Assembly (NCBI GenBank): GCA_963717365.1
Contig: OY970327.1
Span: forward strand, 863,752-927,751
Reading direction: 5' to 3'
From: Candidatus Saccharimonadia bacterium
GTDB lineage: Bacteria; Patescibacteriota; Saccharimonadia; Saccharimonadales; 2-12-FULL-41-12
DNA: 64,000 nucleotides
The notes beneath the pieces were generated by a model. The model was not told the DNA's origin. It made no database searches and saw only the letters and a list, made by a program, of their open reading frames with translations. A program made the translations under genes and the position numbers. The first letter of the stretch is position 1, and the number at the start of each line of letters is the position of its first letter. Below are positions 1 to 8,828 of this stretch, in pieces.

Positions 1-393
1 TTGGCTAAAGGCCAGATCCTTCTCGTCGATACTGGTTCGATACGGTGTAATAAAAATTTTTACAAAGTCATCTTCTACCTTATATCTCAACTTATCAGCC
101 TTGGACTTATCGAGTGAGATAATAAAGTCTCGTAAACTGTTAGTGCTCTTTTCGAGAGTACTTTCTGGCTCCAAGAATTCAAGGGTGGACGGTACTTTGC
201 CGCTAAAAACAGCAGTGGCGTGCTTATCGTGTTTGCTTAGCGCCAAAGTTAAACCAATACATGCCGCCAACTGATCAATCGAAGGGTCATTACTTACCGT
301 AATCAGTATTTTGCTGGCAGATTTTATCCGTTCGACAATTTGCGGCATCTGACCGGAGTCGGAGTCGGATTTATTACTAGTCTTTGGTGGCAT
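1..393 (-). CDS. hypothetical protein, N-terminal 131 codons only (runs off left edge); weak resemblance to DHH/NrnA-type phosphoesterase N-domain
   Basis: Hand translation of minus strand from ATG (cat at 391-393): MPPKTSNKSDSDSGQMPQIVERIKSASKILITVSNDPSIDQLAACIGLTLALSKHDKHATAVFSGKVP..., open to position 1. Absent from ORF track because truncated. Confidence 0.5.
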   Translation of the reverse strand, partial: MPPKTSNKSDSDSGQMPQIVERIKSASKILITVSNDPSIDQLAACIGLTLALSKHDKHATAVFSGKVPSTLEFLEPESTLEKSTNSLRDFIISLDKSKADKLRYKVEDDFVKIFITPYRTSIDEKDLAFSQ

Positions 394-557
394 AACTTTT
401 TTCTTTTTGTTTGTACTGCGTTTTTATATTGTTATTTTGTAAGTAAATATAGCATAAGCTGATTGATAAGTCCATAGCACAAATACAGTTTATATAAGTA
501 TAAGCTTTATTAATTATATAAATATGAATATAATCCTATTAATCTAACAATAAAGTC

Positions 558-833
558 ATGATTAACCACTACGAAAATTTTATCAATTCAGGTTTTTGTC
601 CTCCCTGTCCGGAGTGGCCGATATATTTAAATGACATTGATGCTGCTTTCCCCGAAGAAGCGGTCGAGATTAATAAATGTTGGAAAGATGATGCCGAACT
701 CGCCGTAAACTCCTGCCACCGGGCATGGCAGATCTCTCAAGGCTTACCGGCTTGGGCTCCGGTTCCGACTACTTGTCCATATGCTAAGGGATGCCGCCTG
801 CCAGATTTACAAACGGTGGTAGATACGGTATAA
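558..833 (+). CDS. hypothetical small Cys-rich protein
   Basis: 91-aa ORF in AT-rich gap upstream of rpsT; Cys motifs CPPCPEW, CWKD, CPYAKGC; no clear SD and no family recognised. Confidence 0.3.
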   Translation: MINHYENFINSGFCPPCPEWPIYLNDIDAAFPEEAVEINKCWKDDAELAVNSCHRAWQISQGLPAWAPVPTTCPYAKGCRLPDLQTVVDTV

Positions 834-880
834 TTTTCTTAATTATAATCACATAAATCTTAAGAGGAATTAGACATACT

Positions 881-1363
881 ATGCCCATCATTAAATCCGC
901 TCAAAAACGAGTCCGTACCGCCAAGAAAGCGACAACTCGCAACGTAAAAACCAAGCGTACCCTAAAAACAGCGGTAAAAGCCTTCCAGGGCGCCATCAAA
1001 AGCGGCGATAAAAAAGCCGGTAGTGCATTAAAGAAAGCGCAGAGTGCTATTGACCAAGCTGCTAAAAAGAATGTTATTCACAAGAATAAAGCAGCCCGCA
1101 AAAAGAGCCAGTTGGCCAAGGCTGCTAAAATCGCCGCTGGCGTAACAGTTGTAGTCGGCGCAGCAGCAGCTGCGTCAAAGACTTCAAAGAAGAAGTCAGC
1201 ACCTGCTAAGAAAACCGCTGCTCCTGCCGCTAAAAAGACGGCTTCTACTAAGAAACCAGTGGCTACAAAGAAAACACCAGTCGCAAAGAAAACTACTACC
1301 GCAAAAGCTCCTGCTAAAAAGCCTGCCGCTAAAAAAGCCGCATCGAAGACCAGCAAAAAATAG
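881..1363 (+). CDS. rpsT: 30S ribosomal protein S20 with ~75-aa Lys/Ala/Pro/Thr-rich C-terminal extension
   Basis: N-terminus MPIIKSAQKRVRTAKKATTRNVKTKRTLKTAVKAF... is a typical S20; SD-like aagaggaa upstream; tail is KKxA/PAKK repeats. Confidence 0.9.
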   Translation: MPIIKSAQKRVRTAKKATTRNVKTKRTLKTAVKAFQGAIKSGDKKAGSALKKAQSAIDQAAKKNVIHKNKAARKKSQLAKAAKIAAGVTVVVGAAAAASKTSKKKSAPAKKTAAPAAKKTASTKKPVATKKTPVAKKTTTAKAPAKKPAAKKAASKTSKK

Positions 1364-1369
1364 TCTGAT

Positions 1370-1975
1370 TTACTCGCTAAGCGGGTATTCTTTAATCACT
1401 TCGAATTCCAGCATAGGGTCAATTGTCTCTTTGACTAAGCGAAATTTCTCAACTTTTTGATCAAATGTAACCGGTAAACTCTCTACATAATCACCTATCG
1501 GCTGGAGGTCTGTTTCTTTTACGAACCGCCCAAGCGTGGAGTGAATAATTTGTGGCGGCAATTTTGTATTCGGCAACAACGTAGCGTTGTCTAGATATTT
1601 TTTCCTGATCCGCTCAAACCCGCCGTTGTCATACCCAACCATAAAAACAGCGGCAGCTCCCGCCATTATCTTTCCAAACTTTACATCAAAAACAAATTCG
1701 TCTTTTAATGCGTCGGTTATTACTTTGTCGTAATCAGCATAGATTTGTTCAAAAAGCTGGTCCTTGTCTTTGCCATAATCTACCAATGGGGCGATCCAGT
1801 CTAGGAGTGTTATATGAAGCGCATCTGGTGGTGTTAACCAGAGCACATCGCCAAATTGTTCAACCATTTCTTTTTGAATTCCGGTAATAATTCGTTCGTT
1901 CTCCGGGCTAAAACCAACATTTAACATATAGCCGGTAACGTGCTGCTGAACATTCGTATTAACTAAAGTTTTCAT
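1370..1975 (-). CDS. 2H phosphoesterase superfamily protein (LigT/ThpR-like)
   Basis: Two H-x-T/S-x motifs at the expected spacing: ALHITLLD and IIHSTLGRF. Confidence 0.7.
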   Translation of the reverse strand: MKTLVNTNVQQHVTGYMLNVGFSPENERIITGIQKEMVEQFGDVLWLTPPDALHITLLDWIAPLVDYGKDKDQLFEQIYADYDKVITDALKDEFVFDVKFGKIMAGAAAVFMVGYDNGGFERIRKKYLDNATLLPNTKLPPQIIHSTLGRFVKETDLQPIGDYVESLPVTFDQKVEKFRLVKETIDPMLEFEVIKEYPLSE

Positions 1976-1999
1976 CTAGGAACATAATACCAGACCGGA

Positions 2000-2923
2000 C
2001 TAGTACGCCAAGCTGATGATGGCGTAACGCAACGCTTCGTCGTAATCAAAGATTTCGTGCTTGCCACGGTAGTCAATATCACGCAGCAGTTTCATAAATT
2101 CTATAACTTTGGTGCGGCCCATAGCATGAGCAATGCGTTGGCTCTTCTGAATAACATAGGGGCTTATGTTGCTGTCTTGTGCAATTTGGGAGGAGTTGGC
2201 CGAGGACGGTGCAGAGACTGCGATAGCCACGGCATGCATTTGCCAGACCAACATACCATGAATTGCCTGGGGTTCAACTTTTTGCTGTCGCTGTTGGTCG
2301 TACATATGTAGCGCTTGCTTAAGATTGCCAGAGAACACACTATCGATAAGATTAAAAATAGTGCTCGATGGATTTTCATCTGTTAACAAATCGATTGATT
2401 TTTTGGTAACGGCTGGATTGTATAGAACTAACTTTTGGAGTTCATGGCTAAGTCTCATCTGGCTTAAGCCAACTCTCTGCACTAAATATTGAGCGTCGGA
2501 ACGGCTCAGGTTTGCACCCAAACGCGTTGCTTCGCTGGTAAGCCAGCTTGTTAGCTGCCCTTCCTCGAGTTCATTAAATTCCTGAAAACCCGGGAGTTTT
2601 TTAAGCTGTTTGTAGTAAGTACCACGCTTATCAACTTTTGATTCAACAATCACCAAGTCTGTACTATCACCGGCCCGTTCAATTAAAACATTTAGTTTCT
2701 CGGAAGCATCTTTGTTGAGCGATAAGTCGTACACAATGACCATTTTTTTACTTGCCAGAAACGGCAGCGATTCAATGGCGCCGAGGATCTGATCGTAGCT
2801 GGTTTCAGCGGCATCCAGCTTTTCGAGCGCTAAGTCGCCGTGCTCTTTGGTAAAAGCGCCGATAAGCTCATCAAGCCGATCCTTTGCGCTAAACCAATTT
2901 GTTCCCGTAAGAGTTGTAACCAT
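2000..2923 (-). CDS. holA: DNA polymerase III delta subunit
   Basis: 307 aa; N-terminal clamp-loader delta-like region (...DAAETSYDQILGAIESLPFLASKKMVIVYD...); size and layout typical of HolA. Confidence 0.75.
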   Translation of the reverse strand: MVTTLTGTNWFSAKDRLDELIGAFTKEHGDLALEKLDAAETSYDQILGAIESLPFLASKKMVIVYDLSLNKDASEKLNVLIERAGDSTDLVIVESKVDKRGTYYKQLKKLPGFQEFNELEEGQLTSWLTSEATRLGANLSRSDAQYLVQRVGLSQMRLSHELQKLVLYNPAVTKKSIDLLTDENPSSTIFNLIDSVFSGNLKQALHMYDQQRQQKVEPQAIHGMLVWQMHAVAIAVSAPSSANSSQIAQDSNISPYVIQKSQRIAHAMGRTKVIEFMKLLRDIDYRGKHEIFDYDEALRYAIISLAY

Positions 2924-2985
2924 ACTTAGTATTCTAGCGTAAAAAAGATTTTTTAAGTGTTTTGCTAGCGGCTATCAAAGATTTA

Positions 2986-3867
2986 TTATTTCAATTTTAA
3001 TGCTTGGCACTTTGGACAAGTATGTGTACCGCGGCCGGCTACACGAGTTTTTTTAATAGTCGTACCGCAGCGTGGACACGGCAGATTTTCGCGGCGAAAG
3101 ACACGGGCAAAGTCCAGGTAACTACCCCGCTTCCCTCTTGCATTGACATAGTTTCTGTCAGTTGAGCCACCTTTCTCTATTGCCAGTGCTAGAACGTATT
3201 GGATTTCTTCGAACAATAGTTTAAGCCGACTAGGAGAAACATTTTTTACGATAATGGCCGGGTGAATTTTAGCACCCCAGAGACTTTCGTCGGCATAGAT
3301 ATTACCAATGCCGGCAATAACGGTTTGGTCCAGCAACGCGGCTTTGATGCTAGTGTTTTTGCGGCGTTGCAGACGCTTTATTAGTTGCCCGGCCGTAAAA
3401 TCAGCACTAAGTGGCTCTGGTCCCACCTTTTTAAAGAAGTCTAGGTTTTCAACTTCAACAGTAGGCATTAAACGAACCCAGCCAAACTTGCGCTGATCAT
3501 TGAAAAATAATTTGGCTTTTTTAAATTCAATAATAACCCGCGTAGATTTATCTGGCAGATCGTCAACCAGCGAATTATTGGGATGCCCCGCACCGAAGCG
3601 TTCGTGGTTGTCATTGCTGCGATAGACCATCTGCCCGGTCATCTTTAGATGGATAACTAATGTGTAGTTTGTACTCAGGTCGATTAATAAGACTTTAGCC
3701 CGGCGGCGCAAGTTGGTAACACAGGCACCAATTAAGAATTTCTGAACGTCGCTAGGTGCATTTGGAAAACTTTTAGGGTTGTCGTTTGATACGGCAGTAA
3801 CGGCTAAGCCCGGCAGCAGTTCGGCTAAGCCAAGACGGACCGTTTCTACTTCGGGTAACTCTGGCAT
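2986..3867 (-). CDS. mutM: formamidopyrimidine-DNA glycosylase
   Basis: MPELPEVETVRLGL N-terminus (catalytic Pro2/Glu3), H2TH region, C-terminal zinc finger CPRCGTTI...CPKCQ. Confidence 0.93.
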   Translation of the reverse strand: MPELPEVETVRLGLAELLPGLAVTAVSNDNPKSFPNAPSDVQKFLIGACVTNLRRRAKVLLIDLSTNYTLVIHLKMTGQMVYRSNDNHERFGAGHPNNSLVDDLPDKSTRVIIEFKKAKLFFNDQRKFGWVRLMPTVEVENLDFFKKVGPEPLSADFTAGQLIKRLQRRKNTSIKAALLDQTVIAGIGNIYADESLWGAKIHPAIIVKNVSPSRLKLLFEEIQYVLALAIEKGGSTDRNYVNARGKRGSYLDFARVFRRENLPCPRCGTTIKKTRVAGRGTHTCPKCQALKLK

Positions 3868-3911
3868 GTTTCTATAGTACGTTAGGTATACGGCAGTTTA
3901 CTAGGCAATAG

Positions 3912-4511
3912 TTAATTTAGGTTGATACCAGAAGTAAATTCATTGTAGTCAGGAAATTGACGCTGAAATAACTGCTCAATAACAATGCGGTTGCCAGCAA
4001 AAGTTCCAAGCTTTGAGCCACAACTTACCGACCAGGTTCGAAAAGCGTCGCTGCCGCCAGGGGCAATTTCAAAACTATAGGTTTGGCCAAGCGGACAGCT
4101 CTGAGCTTCGTCACCCCGTTCGTCAGGAGAGATAGCCTTAGTGAAGCCGGCACCATTTAAGGCAGCTACAAAAGCCTGGTAAGATTCCTGAGAATTAGAT
4201 AGCTGCTGGGTCTTAATAACCGAATCATTGTAGCCTTGCAAAACTTCTAACTGACGCTTGGTTCGGTCGATCGTAAATCGTATGCTGGTGCGCTTTTCAT
4301 TAGCAACCACTGGACCGCGCACCGTGTAACGTACTGCTTGGTTATTCGTCGGCGCGGCTAGCAGATCAACTTTTTTACTGGTTAGTGTTTGTTGGTCTGG
4401 CGTATCGCTGGTAAATATATTTTTGAATATATTAAAGCCGATAATTATCAGAATAATAGCAAAAATAATCAGTCCAACACCGATGAGATAACGACCAAAA
4501 TTTCGTGGCAT
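3912..4511 (-). CDS. membrane-anchored hypothetical protein
   Basis: ORF track 3912..4664 trimmed to internal ATG (MPRNFGRYLIGVGLIIFAIILIIIGFNIF): one N-terminal TM helix then a soluble domain. Trimming removes overlap with the divergent 4613 ORF. Confidence 0.6.
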   Translation of the reverse strand: MPRNFGRYLIGVGLIIFAIILIIIGFNIFKNIFTSDTPDQQTLTSKKVDLLAAPTNNQAVRYTVRGPVVANEKRTSIRFTIDRTKRQLEVLQGYNDSVIKTQQLSNSQESYQAFVAALNGAGFTKAISPDERGDEAQSCPLGQTYSFEIAPGGSDAFRTWSVSCGSKLGTFAGNRIVIEQLFQRQFPDYNEFTSGINLN

Positions 4512-4612
4512 GAATATATTATACCACATTATATTATCTCTTACCATACTACTCGTGGAAAGCTGCGCAGCCAAGCTTCCCTTCTGCTGTCGTCTTAGCA
4601 TATGATGGGTAT

Positions 4613-4852
4613 ATGACTCAACTACTCGGGGATGTCCTAACTGGCCGCAATTACGGCGAGCCACCGGAAATTCGCCAAATTAAAGAATTCGTACAAGCTG
4701 AAATTGGCTTGGTCCCAGCCGTTTCGGTTAACCCGGAAACATTTGTGATTAAAGTGCCGTCCGCGGCAGCTGCTGGCGCCCTGCGCACCAAATTATTTCT
4801 GCTACAGAAACAACTGGATGACAAGCGACGGGTTATCATCCGAATTAGCTAA
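4613..4852 (+). CDS. small conserved-looking protein, tentative DUF721/DciA-like
   Basis: 79 aa; pattern ...PETFVIKVPSAAAAGALRTKLFLLQKQL... resembles the DUF721 'strand plus helix' core. Recognition is weak. Confidence 0.4.
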   Translation: MTQLLGDVLTGRNYGEPPEIRQIKEFVQAEIGLVPAVSVNPETFVIKVPSAAAAGALRTKLFLLQKQLDDKRRVIIRIS

Positions 4853-4854
4853 GT

Positions 4855-7524
4855 TTACAGTTCGCCCCAATTCTTACCCAACGATGTATCTACCGTTAGT
4901 TTAACCGGCAGCTTGTGCACCTGTTCCATGATTTCTTTAATGTCAGCCGCGACAGCTTTTGCCTGGTCATCAGGACACTCTATTAGAATGGAGTCATGGA
5001 CCTGCAGCAGCATATGACACTCTTTGCGGTCGCTCAGATAGTTTTGAACTTTTATCATGGCCAGTTTTATAAGATCAGCGCCGGTGCCCTGGATTGGCAT
5101 GTTGATAGCGGCGCGCTCGGCGCCCTGGCGTACCATGAAGTTGCTGGAATGAATATCGGGCATCGGCCTTCTGCGGCCGAACAGTGTTTCTACGTACCCC
5201 TGCTCGCGAGCAACGACCTTGAGATTGTTCATATATTCAAAGATTGGTTTACGAAGTTCAAAATACTTATCGATGAATTGCTTGGCGGCCACAAAACTCA
5301 TGCCAGTGGCAATACCAAGACCATGCGGGCTCATGCCGTATAGTACACCAAAGTTGATTACTTTAGCGTCGCGGCGCATCTGTTTAGTGACGTCTTCCGG
5401 CTCACGGCCATACACTTGGGCAGCAGTGGCCGTGTGGACGTCGACGTCGCGGTTGAACATATCAATCAGCTCTTCATCTTTGGCCAAAACTGACGCCAAA
5501 CGCAGCTCAATTTGGCTGTAGTCGGCGCTAACAAAACTAAAGCCAGGCTTTGCGACAAACGCAGTGCGGATATGATTACCAAGCTCGGTGCGGACAGGGA
5601 TATTCTGCAAATTAGGGTCAATTGAACTCAGCCGGCCAGTTTGGGCGGTCGTCATATTATAAGTAGTGTGAATGCGCCCTTCCTCGTCAACTTGGGTTGG
5701 CAGCGTTTCCACGTAGGTGCTCATCAGTTTGGTAACTTCGCGGTACTGAGTAATGAGTTCAATAATCGGGTGCTCAGCGCGCAGCTTGTCGAGTTCCGCC
5801 GCGGCCGTACTATAGCCCGTTTTACCTTTTTTAACACCTTGGGTTGGCAGTTTTAGTTTCTCAAACAAAATAACGGCTAGCTGGGCGGGGCTGCTGACAT
5901 TAAATTCTTCGTCGGCATGTCCGTAAATCTGTTGCTCGAGGTCACTGATAGTGTCTTTGAGTTGTTCCGAAAAATCGTTCAAGTAATCACTATCGAGTAA
6001 AATCCCGCGGTGCTCCATTTGGGCCAGTACAGAAATGACTGGCCACTCTATGTCTTCGGCTAGTTTTTTGAGCTTTGGAATCGCTTCAAGCGCTTTATCT
6101 TGCTGCTCATATAACGCCCTGATGATCGCCATTATCTCTGGCGTGCGTTCTATAAACTCTTCGGGAGAAATATTTTCCAGTTCGGGACCGGTGTAGTCCA
6201 AATCAGCCTGTGCCAGTTCTGTTAATGTTTGTTCACGGCGCAAGCTATTGAGTAAAAAGCTGCCAACGAGCACGTCATGATGGACAGTACTGAGTTCTGC
6301 TTGAAGTTCAATGGCAACTTTAGCAGTGTTTTTGAGGTTGTAGCCAATCTTTTTAACAGCTTTTTGTTCGAGCAAACTAGCCAGGCCTTTGTAAACTTTT
6401 GTGAGATTGATGGCGTACGCTTGTTTGGAGTCGGGGCTTACTAGCAACCACTGCGGATCACGTCCATGCCTGCCCGCCGCGTAGCTATGAATTATTACTT
6501 CCTTCCATTTAGACGTATCGATTTTGTCAAAATCAGATTGTGTTTCAATTGTAGTGATTTTTGGCAGATTAAGCGCGATACTGGAATCAGTAATCACCGC
6601 GGCCTCGTCTTCAGACATTTGCATAATGTCCGGCAGCTGCCGGACAAGCGTCCGGAATTCAAACTTTTTCAGCAGTTCGTGCACCTTGGTAGGACTCACT
6701 TTGCTGCCGTCAACTTCGTTTAGATCAAGCGTAATAGGAGCGTCGGTCCATATCTGCGCCAATTTTTTACTCAAATACGCTAACTCTCTGCCGTCTTTAA
6801 GTTTTTTATGGGTTGACCCGGAGATCAGTTCGATATTTTCATAAATATTGTCGAGCGAGTCATAGTCTTTTAATAATTGAATAGCACCTTTTTCGCCAAT
6901 ACCTGGCACACCGGGGATATTATCCGAACTATCCCCTTTTAGGGCTTTTAGATCCAGGAATTGCTCAGGGGTAATTTCATACTTTGCAAAGAAGCTATCC
7001 GGCTCAAACATCTCTATGTTACTCAAACCTTTTTTGAGCGCATAGACATGAGTCATCGGGCCAACGCATTGCAACATATCCAGGTCAGACGTGATCATCA
7101 TGGTTTCAATACCCTGCGCATCAGCCTGTTTAGCAAAAGTCCCCATAATGTCGTCAGCTTCATAATCGTCAAGTTCATACAGCGGCCAGCCAAAGGCTTG
7201 CAAAAGCTCATGTAGCAGCGGGATCTGGACATAAAAATCAGGCGGTGGCGGTTTTCGGTTTGCTTTGTACTGTGGATATATCTCGAGTCGTTTACGAATG
7301 TTAGTTTTTGGCTTGTCCCAGGCAACACAGACATAATCCGGTTTAAGCCGGCGGATAACTTCTAGGGCCATAACGGCGAATCCATAGACGCCGCCGGTAG
7401 GCGTACCATCTTTAGTACTCAGATTTGGCATGGCGTAGTAACCACGGTAAAAAACACTTTTCCCGTCAATAATTGCCAGTTTTTTTGGAGTTTCTTTGGC
7501 TGATTTATGCTTCATCTCTGCCAT
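4855..7524 (-). CDS. polA: DNA polymerase I
   Basis: 889 aa; 5'-nuclease domain (DNIPGVPGIGEKGA), family A motifs DYSQIELR, RRDAKVINFGVLYG, LQVHDS. Confidence 0.95.
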   Translation of the reverse strand: MAEMKHKSAKETPKKLAIIDGKSVFYRGYYAMPNLSTKDGTPTGGVYGFAVMALEVIRRLKPDYVCVAWDKPKTNIRKRLEIYPQYKANRKPPPPDFYVQIPLLHELLQAFGWPLYELDDYEADDIMGTFAKQADAQGIETMMITSDLDMLQCVGPMTHVYALKKGLSNIEMFEPDSFFAKYEITPEQFLDLKALKGDSSDNIPGVPGIGEKGAIQLLKDYDSLDNIYENIELISGSTHKKLKDGRELAYLSKKLAQIWTDAPITLDLNEVDGSKVSPTKVHELLKKFEFRTLVRQLPDIMQMSEDEAAVITDSSIALNLPKITTIETQSDFDKIDTSKWKEVIIHSYAAGRHGRDPQWLLVSPDSKQAYAINLTKVYKGLASLLEQKAVKKIGYNLKNTAKVAIELQAELSTVHHDVLVGSFLLNSLRREQTLTELAQADLDYTGPELENISPEEFIERTPEIMAIIRALYEQQDKALEAIPKLKKLAEDIEWPVISVLAQMEHRGILLDSDYLNDFSEQLKDTISDLEQQIYGHADEEFNVSSPAQLAVILFEKLKLPTQGVKKGKTGYSTAAAELDKLRAEHPIIELITQYREVTKLMSTYVETLPTQVDEEGRIHTTYNMTTAQTGRLSSIDPNLQNIPVRTELGNHIRTAFVAKPGFSFVSADYSQIELRLASVLAKDEELIDMFNRDVDVHTATAAQVYGREPEDVTKQMRRDAKVINFGVLYGMSPHGLGIATGMSFVAAKQFIDKYFELRKPIFEYMNNLKVVAREQGYVETLFGRRRPMPDIHSSNFMVRQGAERAAINMPIQGTGADLIKLAMIKVQNYLSDRKECHMLLQVHDSILIECPDDQAKAVAADIKEIMEQVHKLPVKLTVDTSLGKNWGEL

Positions 7525-7977
7525 ACTTTACAGTATACGATAGATGTGGAGTTTTCTCTCGTTATGCTTAGAGTCTGACAAAATTCCTCTAATGGCCCCT
7601 AGGCAGCGCGGAGTTCAACTTGCGGAAATCGCGCCTGAAAGTGCGGGCTCTGGACAAGTACCTGCAAACACATTTTACCAGGACGAATTGCTCCAGTGTT
7701 CAATGCTGTGTCTACTTCTTGCGAAGCTAGACTTTGGTTTAGCTCATTAGTTGCCATAACCGTCTGTCCGGCTGAACCGTTTGGGCAGCAGCAACCTGGG
7801 GCATAAAGCGAAGTGTCTCGCGGCTAAACTGCGTATATACGCGGTGGCGTTCGACTTTATCTTTGGTTGGTTTATTTATTCTAGGCATAAGTTCTTGTCT
7901 ACAAGGTAACAGACAATTGTCCGGGTGGCAATAAAGTGTTAATTTAATACAACGATTAATGCAGTAAGATTTGTAAA

Positions 7978-8820
7978 TTATATTGTGTTTACCAATATTC
8001 TACCGAGGACACGCGCTTTTGATGGTTTCACTTTTTGCTCATAAATAATCAATGGATTTTTCTGTATCTCGTTTGCTGTCCAAACGTACATATCTACGGC
8101 AGTCTGCACCGGGATACGAAGACGTTTTGGGATATATTTGTATCCGTCGCCTGCCTTATGCTGCCATGCCTTGTATCGATTAAGTTGGAAATGTATAAAT
8201 TTGATGAAGTCTATGGGTTGCCGGGTGGCAGTTTCGTGAGTTACATCTGGGAGATTGAATCGTTTTAGATCATTAGCTGGGAAATAACAGCGGCCCAAGT
8301 CAATATCCTCTTGGATATCACGAATAAAGTTAAGGTATTGCAACGCCCTGCCCTGCAGCTGGGCAGCTTCGGTGGCTGCCGGTTTGAGACCCATAATTTT
8401 TGCCATCATTAATCCAACAACTTCTGAAGAGCCATACATATAGTGCAGTAACTCATCCAGGGTCTTGATTGATTTATGGGTTATATCGGATTCCATTGCA
8501 TCCAGGAATGATTCAACCCAAGCCACATCAAAATTATGTTTGCGGGCTACTCGGAGCATGTTTTTGGCCACTCGCTGGTTAGTCTTATCGGCTGAATGTT
8601 TGGTGGTATCAAGACTTGGATTAGTCACAGATGCTGCCCATATCTGTCGTAAATTACGGAAGCTGTCTTTGTCGGCCGGTATCTGATCAACGTAGTCGTC
8701 GGCTACTCGAACAAAGCTATATAAGTCGAATACATCTTTTCTAACGCTCGCTGGAAAAAACAATGAACTGAGAAAAAAAGTGGTGCTGCCTCGCTTAAAG
8801 ATTGTTTTTTCTTGATTCAT
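7978..8820 (-). CDS. squalene/phytoene synthase family protein
   Basis: Asp-rich motifs YSFVRVADDYVDQ and FIRDIQEDIDLGRCYFP match the trans-isoprenyl diphosphate synthase head-to-head family. Confidence 0.85.
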   Translation of the reverse strand: MNQEKTIFKRGSTTFFLSSLFFPASVRKDVFDLYSFVRVADDYVDQIPADKDSFRNLRQIWAASVTNPSLDTTKHSADKTNQRVAKNMLRVARKHNFDVAWVESFLDAMESDITHKSIKTLDELLHYMYGSSEVVGLMMAKIMGLKPAATEAAQLQGRALQYLNFIRDIQEDIDLGRCYFPANDLKRFNLPDVTHETATRQPIDFIKFIHFQLNRYKAWQHKAGDGYKYIPKRLRIPVQTAVDMYVWTANEIQKNPLIIYEQKVKPSKARVLGRILVNTI

Positions 8821-8828
8821 AAATTATT

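Noticed and set aside
1078-1356. 92-aa minus-strand ORF
   Set aside because: It is antisense to the Lys/Ala-rich tail of rpsT (AAG/GCT repeats read as Phe/Leu/Ala), so it is a shadow ORF.
7544-7750. 68-aa plus-strand ORF in the polA upstream gap
   Set aside because: It has no SD and an odd composition, and it points into the polA promoter. I kept it only as part of the long-gap finding.
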